A stretch of 64,000 nucleotides of DNA from Azolla caroliniana (Eukaryota > Plantae > Polypodiophyta), in the NCBI GenBank assembly GCA_043228905.1, contig JBHGNT010000008.1:248001-312000 (forward strand). The letters run 5' to 3'. Of the stretch, positions 21,101 through 36,100 are shown one piece after another. Both the position numbers and the translations under genes were made by a program. Numbering within the stretch: position 1 is the first letter of the stretch; the number at the start of each line of letters is the position of its first letter. The notes below the pieces were generated by a model. That model had not been told where the DNA came from. It searched no databases and was given only the letters and a program-made list of their open reading frames with translations.

Positions 21101-24100
21101 CTCAAATTTGGTTATTTCTTCATGTCTCTCAACGTGAGTTTCAAAATCCTTATTTTTTACTTCCATATGATAGCTAACATTGTAAGCTTCGATTCAAATG
21201 TTTGAACACTAAAATCCAATATCACATGGGACAGGTATGAACATTTTAATTTACTCTCGGGCTCTTCTCAACTCCCTCCTCTAATTTGGGAATTTCTTCA
21301 TGTCTCTCGACGTGAGTTTCAAAAGCTTCATTTTTGAATTCCATATCATAGGTAGCTTTGCTAGCTTCGATTCGCATGTTTAAACACTAAAATCCGATAT
21401 CACATGGGCCAGGTATGAACATTTTAATTTACTCTCGGGCTCTTCTCAACGCCCTCCTCTAATTTGGTAATTTCTTCATGTCTCTCGACCTGAGTTTCAA
21501 AATCTTGATTTTTGATTCCCATAACATAGCTCGCATTGTTAGCTTCGATTCGCATATTTGAACACTAAAATCTGATATCACATGGGCCAGGTATGAACAT
21601 TTTAATTTACTCTCGGGCTCTTCTCTACCCCCTCCTCTAATTTGGTAATTTCTTCATGTCTGTCGACCTGAGTTTCAAAATCTTGATTTTATAAATCCAT
21701 ATCATAGCTAGCATTGTTAGCATCGATTCGCATGTTTCAACACTAAAATCCTATATCACATGGGCCAGGTATGAACATTTTAATTTACTCATGCGCTCTA
21801 CTCAATCCCTCCTTTAATTTGGTAATTTCTTCATGTCTCTCGACATGAGTTTCAAAATCTTGATTTTTTAATTCGATATCATAGCTACCGTTTTTAGCTT
21901 CGATTCGCATGTTTGAACACTCAAATCCGATATCACATGGGCCAGGTATGAACATTTTAATTTACTCTCGGGCTCTTCTCAACTCCCTCCTCAAATTTGG
22001 TTATTTCTTCATGTCTGTCAACGTGAGTTTCAAAATCCTTATTTTTTACTTCCATATGATAGCTAACATTGTAAGCTTCGATTCAAATGTTTGAACACTA
22101 AAATCGGATATCACATAGGACAGGTATGAACATTTTAATTTACTCTCGGGCTCTTCTCAACTCCCTCCTCAAATTTGGTAATTTCTTCATGTCTCTCGAC
22201 CTGAGTTTCAAAAGCTTGATTTTTTAATTCCATATCTCAGGTAGCATTGTTAGCTTCGATTCGCATGTTTGAACACAAAAATCCGATATCACATGGGCCA
22301 GGTATGAACTTTTTAATTTACTCTCGGGCTCTTCTCAACTCCCTCCTCTAATTTGGTAATTTCTTCATGTCTCTCGACCTGAGTTTCAAAAGCTTGATTT
22401 TCTAATGCCATATCATAGCTAGCATTGTTAGCTTCGATTCGCATGTTTGAACACTCAAATCCGATATCACATGGGCCAGGTATGAACATTTTCATTTACT
22501 CTCGGGCTCTTCTCAACTCCCTCCTCAAATTTGGTTATTTCTTCATGTCTGTCAACGTGAGTTTCCAAATCCTTATTTTTTACTTCCATATGATAGCTAA
22601 CATTCTAAGCTTCGATTCAAATGTTTGAACACTAAAATCGGATATCACATAGGACAGGTATGAACATTTTAATTTACTCTCGGGCTCTTCTCAACTCCCT
22701 CCTCAAATTTGGTAATTTCTTCATGTCTCTCGACCTGAGTTTGAAAAGCTTGATTTTTTAATTCCATATCTCAGGTAGCATTGTTAGCTTCAATTCGCAT
22801 GTTTGAACACAAAAATCCGATATCACATGGGCCAGGTATGAACTTTTTAATTTACTCTCGGCCTCTTCTCTACTCCCTCCTCTAATTTGGTAATTTCTTC
22901 ATGTCTCTCGACCTGAGTTTCAAAACCTTGATTTTTTAATTGGATATCATAGCTAGACTTGTTAGCTTCGATTCGTATGTTTGAACACTAAAATCCGATA
23001 TCACATGGGCCAGGTATGAACATTTTAATTTACTCTCGGGCTCTTCTCTACTCCCTCCTCTAATTTTGGAATTTCTTCATGTCTCTCGACCTGAGTTTGA
23101 AAATCTTGATTTTTTAATTCCATATTATAGCTAGCATTGTTAGCTTCGATTCGCATGTTTGAACACTAAAATCCTATATCACATGGGCCAGGTATGAACA
23201 TTTTAATTTACTCACGCGCTCCTCTAAACTCCCTCCTCAAATTTGGTAATTTCTTCATGTCTCTCGACCTGAGTTTGAAAATCTTGATTTTTTATTCCAT
23301 ATCATAGGTAGCTTTGTTAGCTTCCATTCGCATGTTTAAACACTCAAATCCGATATCATATTGGCCAAGTCTAAACATTTTAATTTACTCTCGGGCTCTT
23401 CTCTACTCCCTCCTCTAATTTGGAATTTCTTCATGTCTCTCGACCTGAGTTTCAAAACTTAGATTTTTTAATTCTATATCATAGCTAGCCTTGGTAGCTT
23501 CGATTCGTATGTTTGAACACTAAAATCTGATATCACATGGGCCAGGTATGAATATTTTAATTTACTCTCGGGCTCTTCTCAACTCCCTTCTCAAATTTGG
23601 TTATTTTTTCATGTCTCTCGACGTGAGTTTCAAAAGCTTGATTTTTTAATTCCATATCATAGGTAGCTTTGCTAGCTTCGATTCGCATGTTTGAACACTA
23701 AAATCCGATATCACATGGGCCATGTATGAACAGTTTAATTTACTCTCGGGCTCTTCTCTACTCCCTCCTCTAATTTTGGAATTTGTTCATTTCTCTCGAC
23801 CTGAGTTTCAAACTCTTGATTTTTTAATTTCATATCATAGCTAGCTTTGCTAGCTTCGATTCGCATGTTTAAACACTAAAATCCGATATCACATGGGCTA
23901 GGTCTAAACATTTTAATTTACTCTCGGGCTCTTCTCTACTCCCTCCTCTAATTTGGGAATTTCTTCATGTCTCTGGACCTGAGTTTCAAAACCTTCATTT
24001 TTTAATTCGATATCATAGCTAGCCTTGTTAGCTTCGATTCGAATGTTTGAACACTAAAATCCGATATCACATGGGCTAGGTATGAACATTTTAATTAACT

Positions 24101-27100
24101 CTCGGGCTCTTCTCAACTCCCTCCTGAAATTGGGTAATTTCTTCATGTCTCTCGACCTGAGTTTCAAAATCTTGATTTTTTATTCCATATCATAGGTAGC
24201 TTTCTTAGCTTCCATTCGCATGTTTAAACACTAAAATCCGATATCACATTGGCCAAGTCTAAACATTTTAATTTACTCTCGGGCTCTTCTCTACTCCCTG
24301 CTCTAATTCGGGAATTTTGTCATATCTCTCGACCTGAGTTTCAAAATCTTGATTTTTTAATTCCATATCATAGGTAGCTTCGTTAGCTTTAATTCGCATG
24401 GCTGAACAATAAAATCCGATATCACATGGGCCACGTATGAACATTTAATTTACTCTCAGGCTCCTCTCTACTCCCTCCTCTAATTTGGGAATGTCTTCAT
24501 GTCTCTCAACCTGAGTTTCAAAATCTTGTATTTTGAAATCCATAACATAGGTACCTTTGTTAGCTTCCATTCGCATATTTGAACACTAACATCCGATATC
24601 ACATGGGCCAGGTATGAACATTTTAATTTACTCTCGGGCTCTTCTCAACTCCCTCCTCTCATTTGGTAATTTCTTCATGTCTCTCGACGTGAGTTTCAAG
24701 AGCTTGATTTTTTAATTCGATATCATAGCTAGCCTTGTTATCTTCGATTCGTATGTTTGAACACTAAAATCCGATATCACATGGGCCAGGTATGACCATT
24801 TTCATTTACTCTCGGGCTCTTCTATACTCCCTCCTCAAATTTGGGAATGTCTTCATGTCTCTAGACCTGAGTTTCAAAATTTCTATTTTTTAATTCGATA
24901 TCATAGCTAGCCTTGTTAGCTTCAATTCGTATGTTTGAACACTAAAATCCGATATCACATGGACCAGGTATGAATATTTTAATTTACTCTCGGGCTCTTC
25001 TCAACTCCCTCCTCAAATTGGGTAATTTCTTCATGTCTCTCGATCTGAGTTTCAAAACCTTCATTTTTTAATTCCATATCATAGGTACCTTTGTTATCCC
25101 TGATTCTCATATTTGAACACTAAAATCCGATATCACATGGACCAGGTATGAAGATTTTAATATACTCTCGGGCTCTTCTCAACTCCCTCCTCAAATTGGG
25201 TAATTTCTTCATGTCTCTCGACTTGAGTTTCAAAATCTTGATTTTTTAATTGGATATCATAGCTAGACTTGTTAGCTTCGATTCGTATGTTTGAACACTA
25301 AAATCCGATATCACATGGGCCAGGTATGACCATTTTCATTTACTCTCGGGCTCTTCTATACTCCCTCCTCAAATTTGGGAATGTCTTCATGTCTCTAGAC
25401 CTGAGTTTCAAAATTTCTATTTTTTAATTCCATATCATAGGTACCTTTGTTACCTTCGATTCGCATATTTGAACACTAAAATCCGATATCACATGGGCCA
25501 GGTATGAACATTTTAATTTACTCACGCGCTCTTCTCAACTCCCTCCTCTAATGTGCTAATTTCTTCATGTCTCTCGACCTGATTTTAGAAGCTTGATTTT
25601 TTAATTCCATATCATAGGTACCTTTGTTAGCTTCGATTCGCATATTTGAACACTAAAATCCGATATCACATGGGCCAGGTATGAACATTTTAATTTACTC
25701 TCGGGCTCCTCTCTACTCCCTCGTCTAATTTGGTAATTTCTTAATATCTCTCGACCTGAGTTTGAAAATCTTGATTTTTTAATTCCATATCATAGCTAGC
25801 TTTGCTAGCTTCGATTTGCATGTTTAAACAGTAAAATCCGATATCACATGGGCTAGGTCTAAACATTTTAATTTACTCTCGGGCTCTTCTCTACTCCCTC
25901 CTCTAATTTGGGAATTCCATATCATAGCTTGCGTTGTTAGCTTCGATTCTCATGTTTGAACACTAAAATTCTATATCACATGGGCCAGGTCTGAACATTT
26001 TAATTTACTCACGCGCTCTTCTCAACTCCCACCTCAAATTTGGTAATTTTGTCATATCTCTCGACCTGAGTTCCAAATTCTTGATTTTTTAATTGCATAT
26101 CATAGGTACCTTTGTTAGCTTCGATTCGCATGTTTAAACACTAAAATCCGATATCACATGGGCCAGGTCTAAACATTTTAATTTACTCTCGGGCTCTTAT
26201 CTACTCCCTCCTCTAATTTGCAAATTCCAAAATCTTGATTTTTTCATTCCATGTCATAGCTAGCGTTGTTAGCCTCGATTCGCATGTTTGAACACTAAAA
26301 TCCGATATCACATGGGCAGGTATGAACATTTTAATTTACTCTCGGGCTCTTCTCAACTCCCTCCTCAAATTTAGTAATTTCTTCATGTCTCTCGACGTGA
26401 GTTTTAAGAGCTTGACTTTTTAATTCGATATCATAGCTAGCCTTGTTAGCTTCGATTCGTATGTTTGAACACTAAAATCCGATATCACATGGGCCAGGTC
26501 TAAACATTTTAATTTACTCTCGGGCTCTTCTCAACTCCCTCCTCAAATTTGGTAATTTTTTCATGTCTCTCGACGTGAGTTTCGAAATCTTGATTTTTTA
26601 ATTCCATATAATAGCTTGCGTTGTTAGCTTCGATTCCAATGTTTAAACACTAAAATCCGATATCACATTGGCCAAGTCTAAACATTTTAATTTACTCTCG
26701 GGCTCTTCTCTACTCCCTCCTCTAATTCGGGAATTTCTTCATGTCTCTCGACCTGAAATTCAAAATCTTGATTTTTTAATTCGATATCATAGCTCGCATT
26801 GTTAGCTTCGATTCGCATATTTGAACACGAAAATCCGATATCACATGGGCCAGGTCTAAACATTTTAATTTACTCTCGGGCTCTTCTCTACTCCCTCCTC
26901 TAATTTGGGAATTTCTTTATGTCTCTCAACCTGAGTTTCAAAACGTTGATTTTTTAATTCCATATCATAGCTAGCCTTGTTAGCTTCGAATCGTATGTTT
27001 GAACACTAAAATCGGATATCACATGGGCCAGCTATGAACATTTTAATTTACGATCGGGCTCTTCTCAACTCCCTCCTCAAATTGGGTAATTTCTTCATGT

Positions 27101-27599
27101 CTCTCGACCTGAGTTTAAAAATCTTGATTTTTTATTCCATATCATAGGTAGCTTTGTTAGCTTCCATTCCCATGTTTAAACACTCAAATCCGATATCACA
27201 TTGGCCAAGTCTAAACATTTTAATTTACTCTCGGGCTCTTCTCTACTCCCTCCTCTAATTTGGCAATTTCTTCATGTCTCTCGACCTGAGTTTCAAAACC
27301 TAGATTTTTTAATTCCATATCATAGCTAGCCTTGTTAGCTTCAATTCAAATGTTTGAACACTAAAATCGGATATCACATGGGCCAGGTATGACCATTTGA
27401 ATTTACTCTCGGCCTCTTCTCTACTCCCTCCTCTAATTTGGTAATTTCTTCATGTCTCTCGACCTGAGTTTCAAAACCTTGATTTTTTAATTACATATCA
27501 TAGCTAGCCTTGTTAGCTTCGATTCGTATGTTTGAACACTAAAATCCGATATCACGTGGGCCAGGTATGAACATTTTAATTTACTCTCGGGCTCTTCTC

Positions 27600-29900
27600 A
27601 ACTCCCTCCTCAAATATGGTAATTTCTTCATGTCTCTCGACCTGAGATTCAAAATCTTGATTTTTTAATTCCATATCATGGGTACCTTTATTAGCTTCGA
27701 TTATCATATTTGAACACTAAAATCCGATATCACATGGGCCAGGTATGAACATTTTAATTTACTCTCCGCCTCTTCTCTACTCCCTCCTCTAATTTGGTAA
27801 TTTCTTCATGTCTCTCGACCTGAGTTTCAAAACCTTGATTTTTTAATTCGATATCATAGCTAGCCTTGTTAGCTTCAATTCGTATGTTTGAACACTAAAA
27901 TCCGATATCACATGGACCAGGTATGAACATTTTAATTTACTCTCGGGCTCTTCTCAACTCCCTCCTCAAATTGGGTAATTTCTTCATGTCTCTCGACCTG
28001 AGTTTCAAAACCTTGATTTTTTAATTCCATATCATGGGTACCTTTGTTATCTTGGATTCTCATATTTGAACACTAAAATACGATATCACATGGACCAGGT
28101 ATGAAGATTTTAATTTACTCTCGGGCTCTTCTCAACTCCCTCCTCAAATTGGGTAATTTCTTCATGTCTCTCGACCTGAGTTTCAAAATCTTGATTTTTT
28201 AATTCCATATCATAGGTACCTTTGTTATCTTCGATTCTCATATTTGAACACTAAAATCCGATATCACATGGGCCAGGTATGACCATTTTAATTTACTCTC
28301 GGCCTCTTCTCTACTCCCTCCTCTAATTTTAATTTACTCTCGGGCTCTTCTCAACTCCCTCCTCAAATTGGGTAATTTCTTCATGTCTCTCGACCTGAGA
28401 TTCAAAATCTTGATTTTTTAATTCCATATCATGGGTACCTTTATTAGCTTCGATTATCATATTTGAACACTAAAATCCGATATCACATGGGCCAGGTATG
28501 AACATTTTAATTTACTCTCGGCCTCTTCTCTACTCCCTCCTCTAATTTGGTAATTTCTTCATGTCTCTCGACCTGAGTTTCAAAACCTTGATTTTTTAAT
28601 TCGATATCATAGCTAGCCTTGTTAGCTTCAATTCGTATGTTTGAACACTAAAATCTGATATCACATGGACCAGGTATGAACATTTTAATTTACTCTCGGG
28701 CTCTTCTCAACTCCCTCCTCAAATTGGGTAATTTCTTCATGTCTCTCGACCTGAGTTTCAAAACCTTGATTTTTTAATTCCATATCATAGGTACCTTTGT
28801 TATCTTGGATTCTCATATTTGAACACTAAAATACGATATCACATGGACCAGGTATGAAGATTTTAATTTACTCTCGGGCTCTTCTCAACTCCCTCCTCAA
28901 ATTGGGTAATTTCTTCATGTCTCTCGACCTGAGTTTCAAAATCTTGATTTTTTAATTCCATATCATAGGTACCTTTGTTATCTTCGATTCTCATATTTGA
29001 ACACTAAAATCCGATATCACATGGGCCAGGTATGACCATTTTAATTTACTCTCGGCCTCTTCTCTACTCCCTCCTCTAATTTTAATTTACTCTCGGGCTC
29101 TTCTCAACTCCCTCCTCAAATTGGGTAATTTCTTCATGTCTCTCGACCTGAGATTCAAAATCTTGATTTTTTAATTCCATATCATGGGTACCTTTATTAG
29201 CTTCGATTATCATATTTGAACACTAAAATCCGATATCACATGGGCCAGGTATGAACATTTTAATTTACTCTCGGCCTCTTCTCTACTCCCTCCTCTAATT
29301 TGGTAATTTCTTCATGTCTCTCGACCTGAGTTTCAAAACCTTGATTTTTTAATTCGATATCATAGCTAGCCTTGTTAGCTTCAATTCGTATGTTTGAACA
29401 CTAAAATCTGATATCACATGGACCAGGTATGAACATTTTAATTTACTCTCGGGCTCTTCTCAACTCCCTCCTCAAATTGGGTAATTTCTTCATGTCTCTC
29501 GACCTGAGTTTCAAAACCTTGATTTTTTAATTCCATATCATAGGTACCTTTGTTATCTTGGATTCTCATATTTGAACACTAAAATACGATATCACATGGA
29601 CCAGGTATGAAGATTTTAATTTACTCTCGGGCTCTTCTCAACTCCCTCCTCAAATTGGGTAATTTCTTCATGTCTCTCGACCTGAGTTTCAAAATCTTGA
29701 TTTTTTAATTCCATATCATAGGTACCTTTGTTATCTTCGATTCTCATATTTGAACACTAAAATCCGATATCACATGGGCCAGGTATGACCATTTTAATTT
29801 ACTCTCGGCCTCTTCTCTACTCCCTCCTCTAATTTTAATTTACTCTCGGGATCTTCTCAACTCCCTCCTCAAATTGGGTAATTTCTTCATGTCTCTCGAC
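27600..29900 (+). repeat. 753-bp higher-order repeat, about 3 tandem copies (4 monomers plus a 41-bp remnant)
   Basis: Junction CTCTAATTTTAATTTACTC occurs at 28321, 29074 and 29827, a spacing of 753 = 4x178+41. Outer limits are approximate. Confidence 0.85.
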
Positions 29901-30199
29901 CTGAGTTTCAAAATCTTGATTTTCTAATTCCATATCATAGGTACCTGTGTTAGCTTCGATTCTCATATTTGAACACTAAAATCCGATATCACATGGGCCT
30001 GGTATGACCATTTTAATTTACTCTCGGCCTCTTCTCTACTCCCTCCTCTAATTTGGTAACTTCTTCATGTCTCTCGACCTGAGTTTCAAAACCTTGATTT
30101 TTTAATTACATATCATAGCTAGCCTTGTTAGCTTCGATTCGTATGTTTGAACACTAAAATCCGATATCACGTGGGCCAGGTATGAACATTTTAATTTAC

Positions 30200-33100
30200 T
30201 CTCGGGCTCTTCTCAACTCCCTCCTGAAATTGGGTAATTTCTTCATGTCTCTCGACCTGAGTTTCAAAATCTTGATTTTTTAATTCCATATCATGGGTAC
30301 CTTTATTAGCTTCGATTATCATATTTGAACACTAAAATCCGATATCACATGGGCCAGGTATGAACATTTTAATTTACTCTGGGGCTCTTCTCTACTCCCT
30401 CCTCTAATTTGGTAATTTCTTCATGTCTCTCGACCTGAGTTTCAAAACCTTGATTTTTTAATTCGATATCATAGCTAGCCTTGTTAGCTTCAATTCGTAG
30501 GTTTGAACACTAAAATCCGATATCACATGGACCAGGTATGAACATTTTAATTTACTCTCGGGCTCTTCTCAACTCCCTCCTCAAATTGGGTAATTTCTTC
30601 ATGTCTCTCGACCTGAGTTTCAAAACCTTCAGTTTTTTAATTCCATATCATAGGTACCTTTGTTATCCCTGATTCTCATATTTGAACACTAAAATCCGAT
30701 ATCACATGGACCAGGTATGAAGATTTTAATATACTCTCGGGCTCTTCTCAACTCCCTCCTCAAATTGGGTAATTTCTTCATGTCTCTCGACCTGAGTTTC
30801 AAAATCTTGATTTTTTAATTCCATATCATAGGTACCTTTGTTATCTTCGATTCTCATATTTGAACACTAAAATCCGATATCACATGGGCCAGGTATGACC
30901 ATTTTAATTTACTCTCGGCCTCTTCTCTACTCCCTCCTCTAGTTTGGTAATTTTCAGAAGCTTGATTTTTTAATTCCATATCATAGGTACCTTTGTTAGC
31001 TTCGATTCGCATATTTGAACACTAAAATCCGATATCACATGGGCCAGGTATGACCATTTTAATTTACTCTCGGCCTCTTCTCTACTCCCTCCTCTAATTT
31101 GGTAATTTCTTCATGTCTCTCGACCTGAGTTTCAAAAGCTTGATTTTTTAATTCCATATCATAGCTAGCCTTGTTAGCTTCGAATTGTTTGTTTGAACAC
31201 TAAAATCCGATATCACGTGGGCCAGGTATGAATATTTTAATGTACTCTCGGGCTGTTCTCAACTCCCTCCTCAAATTGGGTAATTTCGTCATGTCTCTCG
31301 ACCTGAGATTCAAAATCTTGATTTTTTAATTCCATATCATGGGTACCTTTGTTAGCTTCGATTCTCATATTTAAACACTAAAATCCGATATCACATGGGC
31401 GAGGTATGAACATTTTAATTTACTCTCGGCCTCTTCTCTACTCTCTCCTCTAATTCGGGAATTTCTTCATGTCTCTCGACCTGAGTTTCAAAATCTTGAT
31501 TTTTTAATTCCATACCATAGGTACCTTTGTTATCTTCGATTCTCATATTTGAACACTAAAATCCGATATCACATGGGCCAGGTATGACCATTTTAATTTA
31601 CTCTCGGGCTCTTCTCTACTCCCTCCTCTAATTTGGTAATTTCTTCATGTCTCTCGACCTGAGTTTCAAAACCTTGATTTTTTAATTACATATCATAGCT
31701 AGCCTTGTTAGCTTCGATTCGTATGTTTGAACAATAAAATCCGATATCACGTGGGCCAGGTATGAACATTTTAATTTACTCTCGGGCTCTTCTCAACTCC
31801 CTCCTCAAATTGGGTAATCTCGTCATGTCTCTCGACCTGAGATTCAAAATCTTGATTTTTTAATTCCATATCATGGGTACCTTTGTTAGCTTCGATTCTC
31901 ATATTTAAACACTAAAATCCGATATCACATGGGCCAGGTATGAACATTTTAATTTACTCTCGGCCTCTTCTCTACTCCCTCCTCTAATTTGGGAATTGCT
32001 TCATGTCTCTCGACCTGAGTTTCAAAATCTTGATTTTTTAATTCCATAACATAGCTCGTATTGTTAGCTTCCATTCGCATATTTAAACACTAAAATCCGA
32101 TATCACATGGGCCAGGTATGAACATTTTAATTTACTGTCGGGCTCCTCTCTACTCCCTCCTGTCAGAGGTACCTTTGTTAGCTTCGATTCGCATATTTGA
32201 ACACTAAAATCCGATATCAGATGGGCCAGGTATGAACATTTTAATTTACTCACGCGCTCTTTCAACACCCTCCTCTAATTTGGTAATTTCTTCTTGTCTC
32301 TCGACCTGATTTTCAGAAGCTTGATTTTTTAATTCCATATCATAGGTACCTTTGTTAGCTTCGATTCGCATATTTGAACACTAAAGTCCGATATCACATG
32401 GGCCACGTATAAGCATTTTAATTTACTCACGCGCTCTTCTCAACTCCCTCCTCTAATTTGGTAGTTTCTTCATGTCTCTCGACCTGATTTTAGAAGCTTG
32501 ATTTTTTAATTCCATATCATAGGTACCTTTGTGAGCTTCGATTCGCATATTTGAACACTAAAATCCGATATCACATGGGCCAGGTATGAACATTTTAATT
32601 TACTCTCGGGCTCCTCTTTACTCCCTCCTCTAATTTGGTAATTTCTTAATATCTCTCGACCTGAGTTTGAAAATCTTGATTTTTTAATTCCATATCATAG
32701 CTAGCTTTGCTAGCTTCGATTTGCATGTTTAAACAGTAAAATCCGATATCACATGGGCTAGGTCTAAACATTTTAATTTACTCTCGGGCTCTTCTCTACT
32801 CCCTCCTCTAATTTGGGAATTCCATATCATAGCTTGCGTTGTTAGCTTCGATTCTCATGTTTGAACACTAAAATTCTATATCACATGGGCCAGGTCGGAA
32901 CACTTTAATTTACTCACGCGCTCTTCTCAACTCCCTCCTCAAATTTGGTAATTTTGTCATATCTCTCGACCTGAGTTCCAAAATCTTAATTTTTAATTGC
33001 ATTTCATAGGTACCTTTGTTAGCTTCGATTCGCATGTTTAAACACTAAAATCCGATATCACATGGGCCAGGTCTAAACATTTTAATTTACTCTCGGGCTC

Positions 33101-36100
33101 TTATCTACTCCCTCCTCTAATTTGCAAATTCCAAAATCTTGATTTTTTCATTCCATGTCATAGCTAGCGTTGTTAGCCTCGATTCGCATGTTTGAACACT
33201 AAAATCCGATATCACATGGGCAGGTATGAACATTTTAATTTACTCTCGGGCTCTTCTCAACTCCCTCCTCAAATTTAGTAATTGCTTCATGTCTCTCGAC
33301 GTGAGTTTTAAGAGCTTGATTTTTTAATTCGATATCATAGCTAGCCTTGTTAGCTTCGATTCGTATGTTTGACCACTAAAATCCGATATCACATGGGCCA
33401 GGTCTAAAGATTTTAATTTACTCTCGGGCTCTTCTCAACTCCCTCCTCAAATTGGGTAATTTCTTCATGTCTCTCGACGTGAGTTTCAAAATCTTGATTT
33501 TTTAATTCCATATCATAGCTTGCGTTGTTAGCTTCGATTCCAATGTTTAAACACTAAAATCCGATATCACATTGGCCAAGTCTAAACATTTTAATTTACT
33601 CTTGAGCTCTTCTCTACTCCCTCCTCTAATTCGGGAATTTCTTCATGTCTCTCGACCTGAAATTTAAAATATTGATTTTTTAATTCGATATCATAGCTCG
33701 CATTGTTAGCTTCGATTCGCATATTTGAACACGAAAATCCGATATCACATGGGCCAGGTCTAAACATTTTAATTTACTCTCGGGCTCTTCTCTACTCCCT
33801 CCTCTAATTTGGGAATTTCTTCATGTCTCTCAACCTGAGTTTCAAAACCTTAATTTTTTAATTCCATATCATAGCTAGCCTTGTTAGCTTCGAATCGTAT
33901 GTTTGAACACTAAAATCCGATATCACATGGGCAGGTATGAACATTTTAATTTACTCTCGTGCTCTTCTCAACTCCCTCCTCAAATTTAGTAATTTCTTCA
34001 TGTGTCTCGACGTGAGTTTTAAGAGCTTGATTTTTTAATTCGATATCATAGCTAGCCTTGTTAGCTTCGATTCGTATGTTTGAACACTAAAATCCGATAT
34101 CACATGGGCCAGGTCAAAACATTTTAATTTACTCTCGGGCTCTTCTCAACTCCCTCCTCAAATTGGGTAATTTTTTCATGTCTCTCGACGTGAGTTTCAA
34201 AATCTTGATTTCTTAATTCCATATCATAGCTTGCGTTGTTAGCTTCGATTCCAATGTTTAAACACTAAAATCCGATATCACATTGGCCAAGTCTAAACAT
34301 TTTAATTTACTCTCGGGCTCTTCTCTACTCCCTCCTCTAATTCGGGAATTTCTTCAATCTCTCGACCTGAAATTCAAAATCTTGATTTTTTAATTCGATA
34401 TCATAGCTCGCATTGTTAGCTTCGATTCGCATATTTGAACACGAAAATCCGATATCACATGGGCCAGGTCTAAACATTTTAATTTACTCTCGGGCTCTTC
34501 TCTACTCCCTCCTCTAATTTGGGAATTTCTTTATGTCTCTCAACCTGAGTTTCAAAATCTTGATTTTTTAATTCCATATTATAGCTAGCCTTGTTAGCTT
34601 CGAATCGTATGTTTGAACACTAAAATCGGATATCACATGGGCCAGCTATGAACATTTTAATTTACGATCGGGCTCTTCTCAACTCCCTCCTCAAATTGGG
34701 TAATTTCTTCATGTCTCTCGACGTGAGTTTCAAAATCCTGATTTTTTAATTCCATATCATAGCTTGCGTTGTTATTTTCGATTCCAATGTTTAAACACTA
34801 AAATCCGATATCACATGGGCCAAGTCTAAACATTTTAATTTACTCTCGGGCTCTTCTCTACTCCCTCCTCTAATTCGGGAATTTCTTCATGTCTCTCGAC
34901 GTGAAATTCAAAATCTTGATTTTCGAATTCCATAACATGGCTCGCATTGTTAGCTTCGATTCGCATATTTGAACACGAAAATCCGATATCACATGGGCCA
35001 GGTCTAAACATTTTAATTTACTCTCGGGCTCTTCTCTACTCCCTCCTCTAATTTGGGAATTTCTTTATGTCTCTCAACCTGAGTTTCAAAATCTTGATTT
35101 TTTAATTCCATATTATAGCTAGCCTTGTTAGCTTCGAATCGTATGTTTGAACACTAAAATCGGATATCACATGGGCCAGCTATGAACATTTTAATTTACG
35201 ATCGGGCTCTTCTCAACTCCCTCCTCAAATTGGGTAATTTCTTCATGTCTCTCGACGTGAGTTTCAAAATCCTGATTTTTTAATTCCATATCATAGCTTG
35301 CGTTGTTATTTTCGATTCCAATGTTTAAACACTAAAATCCGATATCACATGGGCCAAGTCTAAACATTTTAATTTACTCTCGGGCTCTTCTCTACTCCCT
35401 CCTCTAATTCGGGAATTTCTTCATGTCTCTCGACCTGAAATTCAAAATCTTGATTTTCGAATTCCATAACATGGCTCGCATTGTTAGCTTCGATTCGCAT
35501 ATTTGAACACGAGAATCCCATATCACATGGGCCAGGTCCAAACATTTTAATTTACTCTCGGGCTCTTCTCTACTCCCTCCTCTAATTTGGGAATTTCTTT
35601 ATGTCCCTGAACCTGAGTTTCAAAATCTTGATTTCTTAATTCCATATCATAGCTAGGCTTGTTAGCTTCGATTCGTATGTTTGAACACTAAAATCCGATA
35701 TCACATGGGCCAGGTATGAACATTTTAATTTAATCTCGGCCTCTTCTCTCGACCCTCCTCTAATTTTTTAATTTCTTCATGTCTCTCGACCTGAGTTTCA
35801 AAACCTTGATTTTTTAATTCCATATCATAGCTAGCCTTGTTAGCTTCGAATCGTATGTTTGAACACTAAAATCGGATATCACATGGGCCAGGTATGAACA
35901 TTTTAATTTACGATCGGGCTCTTCTCAACTCCCTCCTCAAATATGGTAATTTCTTCATGTTACTCGACCTGAGTTTCAAAATCTTGATTTTTTAATTCCA
36001 TATCATGGGTACCTTTATTAGCTTCGATTCTCATATTTGAACACTAAAATCCGATATCACATGGGCCAGGTATGAACATTTTAATTTACTCTCGGGCTCT

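Noticed and set aside
32155-32175. TGTCAG at the 64-bp deletion junction as a scar of the retrotransposon end
   Set aside because: Only 6 nt match, and it is explained as a variant of satellite TATCATAGGTACC/TGTCATAG.
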